The notes beneath the pieces are model-generated. The model saw only the letters and a program-made list of their open reading frames with translations. It was not told where the DNA came from and searched no databases. 64,000 bases of DNA, taken from positions 372,001 to 436,000 of the forward strand of contig JAKMXF010000233.1 in assembly GCA_024704765.1 (NCBI GenBank), in the 5' to 3' direction. How positions within the stretch are numbered: position 1 is the first letter of the stretch; the number at the start of each line of letters is the position of its first letter. This document shows, in pieces, positions 14,482 to 26,664 of the stretch. Source of the DNA: Oopsacas minuta. Lineage: Eukaryota; Animalia; Porifera. The position numbers and the translations under genes are program-made.

Positions 14482-16021
14482 AGCGATCAGCTGTCCGAGC
14501 GATTTTTTATGATTCGAGTTTCGATATTCAAAATGTACTTTAAAAGCATTTTTTTATTTTAGCGAATACAGTTTACAAATCTCGAGAGTTTGTGTATGTG
14601 TGATTGTTTGTTGTTTGTTGTTGTTTGTATATTTGTTTGCTGTTGTTCTCCAGTTATTGTTTACTGGATATACATCCCGAACAGTGCACCAGTATTTGAC
14701 AATAATATGGATTGCTTATTATTAAACCCAATTAGCTGAATTGTAATTTTAGAATTATTATTTGTACTAAGGACCAGGGATGATGAGGGTTTATAGCAGT
14801 GGATTGTGAGCTTTTAACTTTCAATGATTTCGGTTTCATGCCACAAATGGCAATTTTGAAATTCGTGCAATAGTTTTATCTACGCAATGCAAAAGTGAAC
14901 CAAGGATATATGCAAATAGAATATCAATAATGCTGAGATACGATCTACGAATTCATCAAACAGTAGTCCTTACAGATGCCCTCTAATTCAATAGGAATGG
15001 ACAGCAACTAACACTGTTTGACGATAACTAATGATAGCTCATTAATTTGCTATGTCCAGTTCTAAAGTATACATTTTGGGATTAACATTATTCGGCAAAA
15101 GTTCCCATTATTGGCTGTTGAATCACTGAAAAATGGACCAAACTATAAATGGAAAACTTGCTTGTATTTTTAAGTTTTCGCAGATATGGCTAACTTCACA
15201 TTTTCCATAAATCATTTCATTTATCCCGTATTTTTCAGAAGTTTCTACGAAAATGGCGTCCAAATATTTCACAACTTCGGCTTCGTATTATTATTGAACT
15301 AAATTTGACTTTGAAAGCGAGACAGTCTTCTTTATACACACACATGGTACATCTGCTAACTGGCTAGGGATTTTTCTTTTGTTATTGCTATCTAATTATT
15401 AGCGGAGTTATACGGATTGTATGGAATATGGCTGTCTTTAAATAGTTTTGATTCAAGTTAATGCTTTCCTTGGATATTATATCTGATGAGTAATCGATAT
15501 TCTAGAAAATATACACAAAATACCATCAATAGTACACGAATAAATCAAAATACAGTACACACCGGTTAATCAGTAACACCTGTATTCCAGTTAGTCCGGT
15601 CAAAATTTCCCTGTATTGACTCTCGAAGTTGGTATGCTAAATGCAATACAACAAATTCTACTCCATTTTTTCTGTGCAGGAATTATAATTATTTGATATA
15701 CGTATTCAGCGATCCGCAAGCCTCGTACTTCTTATCTGAAGTACTTTTTCCATAGTTACGTATCTGTACTATAGTTATTTTAGTCCCCAAAACTCCACTA
15801 TCATAATATCAATTCTCACGAACTTGAAAACAATACATATCTTCCATCATAATACACTTTCAGTTTGACCTCACATACGTCACAATAGAAACCACTACAG
15901 CTAATCAAATCTTACCCTAGCATCCTAGGTAGTGGCCTGCGGTAGCTTTCCGTATAAATAGCGAAATTATACTAAAATAATTGTTAGTTGAATTTTGTAA
16001 ATATTTTTGAATTGTCTACAG

Positions 16022-19000
16022 ATGAAGGTGTTTATATATATTTTTGTTTATTTGTTGTTTTGCAGTTGTTTTTATACTTTGGATGTGTACATAGAACCTG
16101 AAGAAAGTGCAAAAGTATTAGGTATTTTGTTGTTGTTGTTGTTGTTGTTTTGTTTTGTTCTGTTTTTGTTGACATATTTATCATTTTTGTTTGTAGGTCC
16201 AATAGATGAGAACTTTTACATTATACAAGATGATATACCAAGTGTATTTCTTAAAAGTATCCAAGATGTTATCGGGTCACTTAGAGCTATTCCAGCATGT
16301 GTACATAAACTGACACTTAAATGGGTACACGATGGACCTCATATGGTGAGATGTTTGTTCATATGTCTATGAAGTACAGTAGTTATCGCTTATACAAACA
16401 CCGGTTATAAGATACCGGATATAAGCATCATCCTCTGGAAAAATGATTCTCATATATTCCTGTATACTTATACCGGTTATAAGAACATGTTTACTACTCC
16501 TGAGGGTGTTCTTATAAGCGATAACCACTGTCAAATCCATCCAAATATCAACAACTAATGTAAACACTAATTCTATTGAGAATACTATTACAATACATAC
16601 ACCCTAAGCAGTACAGCATTAGCCATATGCTACAGTAATATCTCTTGTATTCGGATGGAACTTACACCAAATGCGTTTTAGCAAATTTCCTAGAATGTTT
16701 GGTTTGTATAGCAGTTTAATCACATAGCACAAATACCGATGAATTGCTACAGGAATTGTCAGTTAATAAGCAAAGTCATTTGTTTCCGTATTGATCACAG
16801 AATCTAATAATTCAAATTACACGTACATTATCAGGACTCATATAACAAGATATATTGACACCTTTAATAATACAAATACCAAACGCTATACTCCTCTACT
16901 ATTCCAGTTAAAATCAACACCAAAGTATTACAAATCTGTCTGTGCTCAAACATTAGCCAAGTAGATTCTATTTTTCTAAGAATACTAATGTTTGCATTTA
17001 TGTAAGAGTATAGCTTATGACCAGATATGTATCCAAATAATTAATTAGCCGCAAGAGTTATACTTCTAACAATTCTAAGCAAATTCTAGGAAATATTTCA
17101 TGCTTTCATTATACGTGGAGGGTGCATTATACTCTCTTTAATCTGAATAAGATAATTACGAACTACAGCTAATACGTGGAGTTAAAAATAATGGGACTTA
17201 AATTGGACCTGGTTTGGAGGGACAGGTATGTCTACAAATTCGAGAGTTTTGGCAAGTTTGCCTTCTATTCTTGTTCAGTTAATTATGTTATATATTAGGG
17301 ACGAATCAAGTCGTATTTTCTCTTCTAATTTTGGCTTGACATTCTCAAGTATTGATACCAGAAACTCATTACAGAATACCTCTCTGATAAGCTTTGATTA
17401 CGCCGTTGTTAACATAATGGCTTATAGGATGGAATCACAAATCCAAATATTCTCAAACTCATTTTGTATAGGAAATATTTCAGTTTCGATTGGCATAACT
17501 TCGGTAGAAACTTCTCTATGATTTATCCGCCATGATTAATAAGTTTATTTGGATTCACAAATGCCGCCAACTGTAACCTTATACAACTTCATAGATCGTG
17601 AGCCTTTTAGGAAGTTACTAAAAATAGATTTACTCATTCTATTTATGCTATAATTGGACTGAATCCCCTGGAAGGTGTTCATATGTTCTTATAAATTGGC
17701 TAATTTAACACTATCTCTATTTATAGCTACGATATGATATCAGAAGAATAATATCACTCAATGACAATAAACTGACAGTTACTACAAATATAGAATCTCA
17801 AGGATTTGTGCCAAGAGAGAAATCAGGTATGTGTACTCTCAGGGTGAATATGATAATCAGCAAATTCTGCTTATAAATCATATCAATGATAATTATTACA
17901 CACACACTAGCCTGTGCCTGATTGTACAAAGTATATGAATGTACACGTTAGGGCTATTGCACCTGTAACTAACACTATGATAACATTGTAATTATATTAG
18001 ATGATGGCACTTGGCAAAATATATATGAGTTAACGGGGGATATGACAGATAATTCGAATAAGTTTAGTCAGCTAGTGTATATGCCAAAAACTGTCCGCGA
18101 TGAAATTGACCGATATCGATTTTGCCCTTCATTAGAAGTACTTTTGTAATATCAGGAATTATAATTAGAAAGAAGATTGTCTTAAAACGCACCTTTGACA
18201 GTCTACTTTATTAAATTTGTTTATTTATTTCACTTTACAGATTTAACATTGAATTTCAATTGTATCGACACTACCTCGCAACAAACATACACAGAATACT
18301 TCTACATTGAGATATACTTACTATCAGATGTTAGTCAGCTGATATATGGATCCCCTGTTGCTATGTGGATACAGAAAAAATGTGGTTCATGTGATTCTAC
18401 TTATCTTAACTATATTCCTGACTTGAGTATACTTGGTGAGTTGACAGCAATCAATTTCATTGTTTGGACGTGGTTTATAAATTGGAACAAGTTTCGGTTT
18501 CTGTCCCGAACGCGAACTCAATTGTCTTACCAACCCTTTTCCAAACCCAGGATTTTCAATATTTCCTGAATTTCGCATTATCTCCCCTTATTCCCCCCGA
18601 AAATATCCAGAAATATACCAAAAATGGTTGAAATTCGGGAAATTTACCAGCGAGGTACTACGTAGTTGGCGAATATGTTACAAGCACCTTCCAGTTAATG
18701 ATTTCGGTCTTTTAATGAGATTTAAGTGCTCAGAAATCTTATAAATATACAGAAACATTCCTGGAGAGATTCTCAATAATTTCTATTCAACTTTTGTAGA
18801 TAATAATTATGTATTCTTTGCTCACATATTCGTTAATGATAGCGTATCATTGTCATAACCAGTGAGGTCAATTGTCCGTCTACTTGACTACCGAACTGAG
18901 TTATTGTAAAGCTGCCAGGAAAATATGTAAGGACAGGTTTCAACTAATATATCTGTCTCTTTTCCGGGAATCGATTGTCATGAAACTATTAAATTTTCGT

Positions 19001-20843
19001 TGGAATGTTAGATTCACTTTAACTAATACAAAATCAAAATTCTATATTAATTAATATACAAGAATAGATAAGAACCGTCTTCCAGAGGATGGTGCTTATA
19101 ACCGGCATCTACTGTATGATATATGAATGTGTTCACAGCGGATACCGACAATTCGCACCACGACAATTCGCACCTAATTTGATTGGCCTACTGTATCCAC
19201 TTGCCCAGCCTCAACAGATGCTCCTGGACTTTGAGAAGGGCCCGATTACCAGCTTTGAGCATGTCTGGCCTAACACAGTAGTGAAGTGCTGCTTCTTCCA
19301 CCTCACACAGAATATCTGGCGACATGTGCAGACTGCAGCCCTACAGACTGCACATGTCGCCAGATATTCTGTGTGAGGTGGAAGAAGCAGCACTTCACTA
19401 CTGTGTTAGGCCAGACATGCTCAAAGCTGGTAATCGGGCCCTTCTCAAAGTCCAGGAGCATCTGTTGAGGCTGGGCAAGTGGATACAGTAGGCCAATCAA
19501 ATTAGGTGCGAATTGTCGTGGTGCGAATTGTCGGTATCCCGTTCACAGGTATAGCAAGGAGTCCTGATAGATGCGGTGGCTGTGAGAATGAAGGAAGATG
19601 CGCTAGGCTCCCTGGAGGATACAGCAAGTGTAAATGTAAGAAAGGATACACTGGAGTAAGGTGTGAACTACGTAAGTGTTAATTAATTGACATATGAATA
19701 ATTGTTGTTATTATTGTTTGTATTTTGTAGCTAGATGTAAACCTGATTGTGTAAACGGAGGAACATGTATTGGTCCCCAGAAATGCTCATGTCCTCCTCT
19801 ATTCAGAGGTCCAATGTGTGAATATCGTAAGTTCATATAAATAATTGAGTACAATCACTTCAGTTATATTTAACACGGATATATAGAAACACCCGCTTCT
19901 ATCGAAGTGTGAATTGTACAAATATGGTCCCAACATATCTTGAGCTTCGATATAGCGGGAATTGACTGTAATTCTATTTACTAATATATTCTAATCTTAT
20001 AGCGGTTTGTAATCCTATTTGTAAGAATGGTGGTTATTGTAATTCTACGAATGTGTGTAGTTGTCCTCCTGGATTTAGTGGATCAGCTTGTGGCATAGGT
20101 AAGTGACTATTTGTATCAGAGGTTCCCAACCGCTGCATACATTATATTGACGTCATCATGTTTATGTTTTCAGCTCCAACTGTTGTGATTACATCTGGAC
20201 CAGTTGATACTACAGTATACTCTATGCAAGCGGTTAAGCTGCAATGTAGAGCTAAAGGAAAGCCTAGACCTAAGTTCAGATGGTTGGATACTGAAGAGAG
20301 ACCAATTCTACCTGATGGAAAGAGATATAGACATTTAAAGGTTAGAAGATATAAACAAATAAACAAACAAACAAATGACATACACGCAAAGAAATATTCA
20401 AATAGACAAACAAACAACACAAACAAACTAATATCCAGTTAGACTATTATACATTAAACCTTTACATTCAGGTAGTTGTAGTAAAGTCTCAGGGCTACTC
20501 AGACTTATGGATATACGGAGCTGATGAATCAGATCAAGGAACATACCATTGTATAGCTGAAAATGAATACAGTATGGATAGAGCTTCTGCTACACTAACT
20601 GTTATTCCTTATACAGGTATATAGACAACTCCTGTTATATCTAACACGGATATATCGAATACCCCCCGCTTATACCGAAGTCTGAAATTGTATACAAAAT
20701 GGTCCCAAACCGTCAAAGTAATGATCACGGCCCTTGTCTGTGTATTTATTGTTGTTTTTGTTTATTTAGGAGGTGACGGTGATCTGGAGGATATATTTAC
20801 AGGTTCAGGTTCAGGTTCCGGAGACTACTGGCCTAACTCATAA
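16022..20843 (+). CDS. Secreted WIF1-like protein: signal peptide, WIF domain, 3 EGF repeats, Ig (I-set) domain, acidic Ser-Gly tail
   Basis: Exons 16022-16121, 16197-16345, 17727-17826, 18241-about 18384, 19549-19671, 19731-19826, 20003-20098, 20174-20340, 20472-20616, 20770-20843. Signal peptide [22 protein letters not shown]-like segments [46 protein letters not shown]...QKKC carry the WIF disulfide pair. Three 6-Cys EGF units. The Ig domain has LQC..W..DQGTYHC. Confidence 0.8.
17170..17530 (-). pseudogene. Possible decayed Tc1/mariner transposase C-terminal fragment in the WIF-like gene intron 2
   Basis: One minus-strand frame, broken by three stops, reads [10 protein letters not shown]...[22 protein letters not shown]. 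This loosely resembles the Tc1 PDLNPIENLW...IREEW...LVESMPRRL region. Confidence 0.3.
19139..19540. mobile_element. 402-bp fold-back (palindromic) Mutator/MULE-derived element with 8-bp TSD
   Basis: The arms are reverse complements about 19339/19340, with only a few mismatches seen near the centre and at the terminal base. TSD GTTCACAG at 19131-19138 and 19541-19548. The ends carry tandem GACAATTCGCACC subrepeats. Each arm encodes [37 protein letters not shown], which matches the MULE transposase DFE...CxFH...W motif. Confidence 0.85.
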
Positions 20844-21328
20844 ACACCAAATACACATACACAATACAATCCCTATAGAATCATATTTTCTTGGAGATCC
20901 CTATTCACTTCTTCTATTTCTGAATTAAGTATATTTGTAATTGAATAATATTCCAATTTGTTTGCTTTGTATAATCTTAGAACACCCTTGGGAATAGCAA
21001 TACATGTTCTTAGAAATATATGAGAACAGTTTTCCAGAGGATGGTGCTTATAACCGGCATCCGCTGTATATTGAATTAGCTATATGGGGCTGTACCCAAT
21101 CCAGGGGTGTCTCCTCCCAAGACTGATATACTCCTACTTTAGTGAGGCCGATCCGTCCCAAAACGCGGACCCAATGACCCAATCCCACTCTTATGTATTC
21201 CCGTTAACAATCAATAAACACGATTATAATTAATACAATTCCACAAGCATTCCCAGTACACAATAATATTGAATTGACCGACCTTTTGACTATATTACAC
21301 GTCCAATAACTACTAATTACAATTACTG

Positions 21329-22327
21329 TCAACAAGCATTCCATTTGTTAAACTCTAGCACTCCTAATGGATCGAGAATTTGTTGCATTTCTTTATTACA
21401 TCTGCTAATATACATTGAGAGATGAGGAAGAACTTTTTCATTCACTAATTTGTATTTTCTAATAATCTGCACGGCCTGTTTGACCGCCAGCTGGGATTTG
21501 CTATTGTCTGCCCAGATCATGCATAACTGTAGCCATTTTCGTTTCCACTTCATGGACATTTCGCTGCGTTTGCATCTACTGGACGTTTTCTCTTCGGATT
21601 CCGCCCTTGTCATAACATTTTTCATCCAACCCTCCAACATATCGACAGGAAACATGCTTGCTCTGAAATGCTTCGAGCTGTGGTAACCCCAAACGAATTC
21701 GGGTATAAGAGCGATCTTCAATTCGTCACACATTAGATAATCCGCTAGCCAGCTAAAATGGAAATAATTTTCCGAGTTTATCATTTCGTTTCGTATCACC
21801 CCCGTGTAGAAAAAATACAACGCAGTTTCAAAGGTGTCAGGATATATCAACGCGATTGAAATGACTTCCTGTTTCGATTCTGTGTATTCATTTTTGTTGA
21901 ACATTGTCTCAAAATATTGACTGTGTTTTGTGAGATATCTCTTGTGACAGTAGAATGTCCTGTCCAATCCGTGAAGTTTTATTTGAATGTCGTGACCAAG
22001 GGGGTTATTGACAAGCGACGCTGCTCCGAGCCCTTCAATACACGTTAACTGAGTTAATTTTTGTAGCAAGCTAGTACTGTAAAAAAGTTTCAACGAATTT
22101 CCTTCAATAGAAATTGAGATTACATCATTTTGCTCGTTCGCTATTTCTTGTTCGCTGAGATTTGGAGCTAAAATAACTTGAATATTTGAGTCTTTTGAAA
22201 GTTCTGCTATCTTCGATTGTAAGTTGAGGATCGATTTTACGATCGAAGATAGTTTGGTTTGCTGTAAGTCCATTGTTGCAGATTTGAGATTATCGTAAAA
22301 TTTCCCTTTTATTCGTTGCCTTTGCAT
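21329..22327 (-). CDS. BTB/POZ-domain protein, intronless, 332 aa
   Basis: Single ORF containing DIQIKL...FYCHKRYL..HSQYFETMF...ESKQEVISI....DTFETALYFFYTG...LADYLMCDEL. Confidence 0.85.
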   Translation of the reverse strand: MQRQRIKGKFYDNLKSATMDLQQTKLSSIVKSILNLQSKIAELSKDSNIQVILAPNLSEQEIANEQNDVISISIEGNSLKLFYSTSLLQKLTQLTCIEGLGAASLVNNPLGHDIQIKLHGLDRTFYCHKRYLTKHSQYFETMFNKNEYTESKQEVISIALIYPDTFETALYFFYTGVIRNEMINSENYFHFSWLADYLMCDELKIALIPEFVWGYHSSKHFRASMFPVDMLEGWMKNVMTRAESEEKTSSRCKRSEMSMKWKRKWLQLCMIWADNSKSQLAVKQAVQIIRKYKLVNEKVLPHLSMYISRCNKEMQQILDPLGVLEFNKWNAC

Positions 22328-22851
22328 ATTTTTTTATCAAAACAGACATATTTTAGTTGAGACTTTAGTCCAGTTTGAATACAATGTTGAGGATAATTTA
22401 CATTTTAATGATTGAATATTCCTTAATTGTATTTCTAATTCATTCAATGAAGAGTCGAATTATCGATTCCTTTGTCCTGATATTTTATCCATAGTGAAAA
22501 ACATTGATGGATTATTTAGCCGGACGTAGTAGTATATCAGAGATGCCAACTCTCACGCCATACTCGTGAGTCTCGCTCTTTTTCAGAGGCCAAAAAGTGA
22601 CATCTCACGGCTTGGGAGAGGCCAGGTTGGCATTTATGGTATATTGCTATTAATCCCCGACAAAATGCGGACAATTCTGGTTATTGACAAGTTTCAGTAG
22701 GAGGCATAACGCTCAATATATGCCCGAAATCAGGACAGTTTGCTAGGAAGTCATACTTACAACCCTCGAGATTTTGTGCAAATAACTGCATACAGATTTA
22801 CAAATTCTTTGATTGTTAAATAATCTCTCAATTATACTAGCAATAATATTG

Positions 22852-25800
22852 ATGGCTACAGAGTACAGTAATGGTAGAAGTGATTACAGTAGGAAGAGGA
22901 GATATGCCCAAGATGATACATCGCCAGCTAAGAGGGGACTTTATGGTTAGAATTATAAAAGCAGATCACTCAATCTTGTCACTGTTTATCTCTACCGCCG
23001 ATTACGCCAGCTGTTCTCAACCAGTGTACCCCCTATGCCAGCGGCTTCGGCCTCTTGGTGGTCCACAGACGACAGCAGGGTGATCACTGGTGAAAATGTT
23101 AGGGAACAGCTGTGCCCTATACCAATATTGAATTTATACAAATAAATACTTAACAACACACTTTACAAGTTTCCCCGTCTTTTCAATATTTTCTTGGAAT
23201 TGCACGTGTTTTTCCTATTCCTATTCCACCCGAAAATATCCAGAAACAAGTCTGCCATTTTGATGATATTATTACACTTTCAAGTATTTTCTAATTTCTA
23301 GATAGAGTTAGAGGAATAAAGTTCTTAGTACCAGAGTATGCAGCCGGAGCAATCATAGGAAAAGGAGGTAGGAACATAACTGTACAAAAAGATAAATTCG
23401 GGACACAGGTTAAAATGTCCCCTGGTAGAGATTTCTTTCCAAACACAGAAGAAAGAGTTTGTTTGATTACATCTGATGTTGGTGAACCTGAACAGCTGAT
23501 CGCTTGTTTCCAGAATTTGTTTCATCTTGTAAGAGATGAGCCTGAGGACACAGACCGAAGACGGAGACCAAGGGATCCTGATAGGAAAAACCAGGTGAAT
23601 TTCCAGGGAACAATTTGAGAATCGAGCCACTGGTTAATCGGGTCATCTGGCTCCAATGTGACCCTATTAAGCGGAACCTACTGTATTTGCAAATTTCTAT
23701 GGCTATTTTTCCAAATAGGGGCTTGAAATTGCTATTATAAATGTAAAACTTGGAAATATTTAAACAGATTCTGAACATAATTCTGTTAGGTAAAACTTCT
23801 TCTAACAAACAACACAGCAGGCCTAATAATCGGGAGAGGAGGAGAGACAATAAAAAGCATTCAAGAACAGACTGACACTAGAATTATGATTACACCATTA
23901 AGCCCAGATATAGATGAACGTGTATGTGCTATTGCAGCTGATATATATGAGAACACACTCAAGGCTACTGACCTTATTTTAGATAGGGTCATGAAAGACC
24001 CAGAGGGCCACGTGTCTAAGAACCTTCTCTACAGTGTCGGGGGATCATATGACCCCTACGGAGGGGGATATAGTAGCAGATATATGGGAGGTTATGGGGG
24101 AGGGCGTGTAGGAGGAGGTGACTCTGTATATGGTAAGGGTTTTTTAATTACCATAAATTCTGTTAATTTTACGATTCATTCTATTTATACTCAGACAGAA
24201 GAAGAAGTTACGACAGAGGATATACATCTAGCAAATAGTAAGCATACTTATCATAACTCAATAACATATGTCTCTTGTATCCATCAACCAATCGGTTTCA
24301 TTCCTAATAAAAATGCTTCAATCATTAGCTAATGGACCATAAATGTTACCAAATATATTATCATATTTCTTCCTATCTAGCACAGATCGTGGAAGCTACG
24401 GCTATAGCTCAACTCTTGATCAAGGGCTAGGAGGCTGTGTGTACGTGTTAGATGACAGTGACCCGTTATGTATGATACTAGGTATCATGGAACAATATGT
24501 TGGCGGCCTAGTTGGTAGAAACGGTGTTACAATATCTGAAATTCAAGCGGTAGGTTTAGGCTATTGAAACTTGTTTCAGCTCCACCGCCCGCATCAAGTT
24601 TACCTGTAATATGAAATTCAACTACACAATATATTTACTAACTAACGGGTGAATAGTAGTGATTTTATCTTCATAGACTTCCCTTAACACGCTTAATTAA
24701 CATATTTACAAGTAGAATCATTGGAATTCCATGAATTGGACACTTTGTAATATGATAACGTCATAAATAATAAGATACGAGATTTCGCCCGCCCGCATGC
24801 TTAGTGGAGCGCCTTATTATTAAAAACCCATATGAAACATATCGTATTAACTATCTAACTTAATTAGTGGCAATTTTTCAGCCTACATTCCATTCAATGT
24901 TATTTGTTAAAAAATTCACTTTTCCCTAGTTTTTAAGGGAAATTATTATTAATATATGCACTACTGCCTTTTTCACATATCATATTTCACTATATATTCA
25001 CCCAACATACTTCTTACCCACTCTTGTAACTAAGGTATCCCACACACACATCCAGATATCACACAAGGATGAATATATCCCCGGGACACGTGACCGTAAG
25101 GTTATTATAAAAGGCGAAGCTCATGCTGTATCGTCAGCTTACCTATTACTACTCGAGAAAGTTAGTTATATTTCTAATAGATTTTACGATATATACGAAT
25201 TATTTTATAGGAATATTTGGCTTGAATTTGTTATTTTGACACTTTTTAAGGAAGTGGCTACAGTGCCAGCAACGGCACCCAAAGTGTCGGCAGTAGGGTT
25301 GGATGTGGTTTGGTCATTTTGAGACAGGCCTTGAGGTGTTTGACTGTAGTCACAGCCTCCTATTACGGCGCTTAAAATTCAAGTGTCGTATTAATGAATC
25401 TTTAATATTTTTCATAAATTGTATGATATTTTACGTATTTAAATCAGAGTAGATTCCATAAGGTCGCTTATCATGAACTTTCTCTTTTTACACGCGTTTG
25501 AAAGGCCCCCTATTGGCAGCCAAATTGGTGATATCATCACCCATACTCTAATTCCCAACCCTCAAGAGTTTGGTAAGTATGGATTTGTGGTTTTGGCCTC
25601 TTAGAGTTCACGATAAGCGACCTGCCTTATGTAATTTCATAATTCACACTATTCATATTACTACTGTGATTGGACAGTTTATTGATGTCTAACTCAATGT
25701 TCCTTCTAATTTTCAGGTAGCAAGGGGGGTATAGCCAAAGCCGGGATTCCTGGGGTAGGACTCAAAATTTAAATTTCCTGCGAGGTGGTTAAGTCTAAAA

Positions 25801-25932
25801 AAGGGACAAATATCCGTGAAGTCACCCCTGATTCATTAGTTGGAACAATTGAACTGTCCTAATAATCATATTTTCATATTATCTATCATTTGTCATCAGG
25901 TGAGCGAATTTGCCGAGAGACGCAGGAATTAG
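22852..25932 (+). CDS. NOVA: NOVA/pasilla-family RNA-binding protein with 3 KH domains, paralogue A
   Basis: Exons 22852-22945, 23302-23594, 23790-24132, 24195-24237, 24381-24549, 25035-25160, 25900-25932. KH1 YAAGAIIGKGG...DFFPNTEERVCLI, KH2 NNTAGLIIGRGG, KH3 VGGLVGRNG...IQIS..EYIPGTRDRKV. N-terminal basic NLS-like motif (RKRR..AKR). Confidence 0.88.
25461..25623. mobile_element. MITE in the last intron of NOVA paralogue A
   Basis: Inverted ends AGGTCGCTTATCATGAACT and AGTTCACGATAAGCGACCT. Confidence 0.6.
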
Positions 25933-26664
25933 TCACATGTCAAGCATTCCACACATCCCGATGGGTAGTTAGGCAACTTAGAAGCTGCTAGGATTCATAC
26001 GTCTATTTTATATAATTCCCTAGTTACATACGAGTACCATTGGTATGTAGACTTCTATTGCATGTATCCATTATTGCTCATTACATGATTCATGCTAATT
26101 ATCACCCATATTTACATTCATATGTCTTATAGTTATCCGAAATGCATTGTGCTTGTGTTTATAGTTATTATATGGAGTGGACCGTGGATGTAATTTAATT
26201 CAGATAGCTTTGGTGGGAAATAATCCACATCTTAGTGACACCTTGTTACCCAGCGGTTCTCAACCTTATTCACCCGTGGACTCCCATTTACTGCCTTACT
26301 CATTTGAGATCCTTGCTTTCGTCAGTGGACCACCAGGTTGGGAACAGCTGTGCCAATATTTTAACTAATTCACTTTTTATCATATCCCACTTTTGCCTTT
26401 TGACACACAAATACAAATAGTACATCCATGGTCCGCTAATATAATAACTGACAACATACGCTAATGCTACAGAATCATAGATTCATTGATGATTGACCTC
26501 TGACATGAAGATACCTTAGGGCACTGGTTTGTTTATGGCCATTCACACATTGGCCATGCTATGGTAGCCTATTAGGATCCAATCTTTAGAGATAGTATAA
26601 CTTATTAGAAATTATACTTTCATAGTATTCATATGAATATTTGATTTGATTCAATAGTTATAGA

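Noticed and set aside
19089-19500. Four short ORFs suggesting a transposase gene or sense-antisense pair
   Set aside because: They are mirror images within the palindrome and cover only about 50 aa of a MULE domain, so there is no autonomous transposase.
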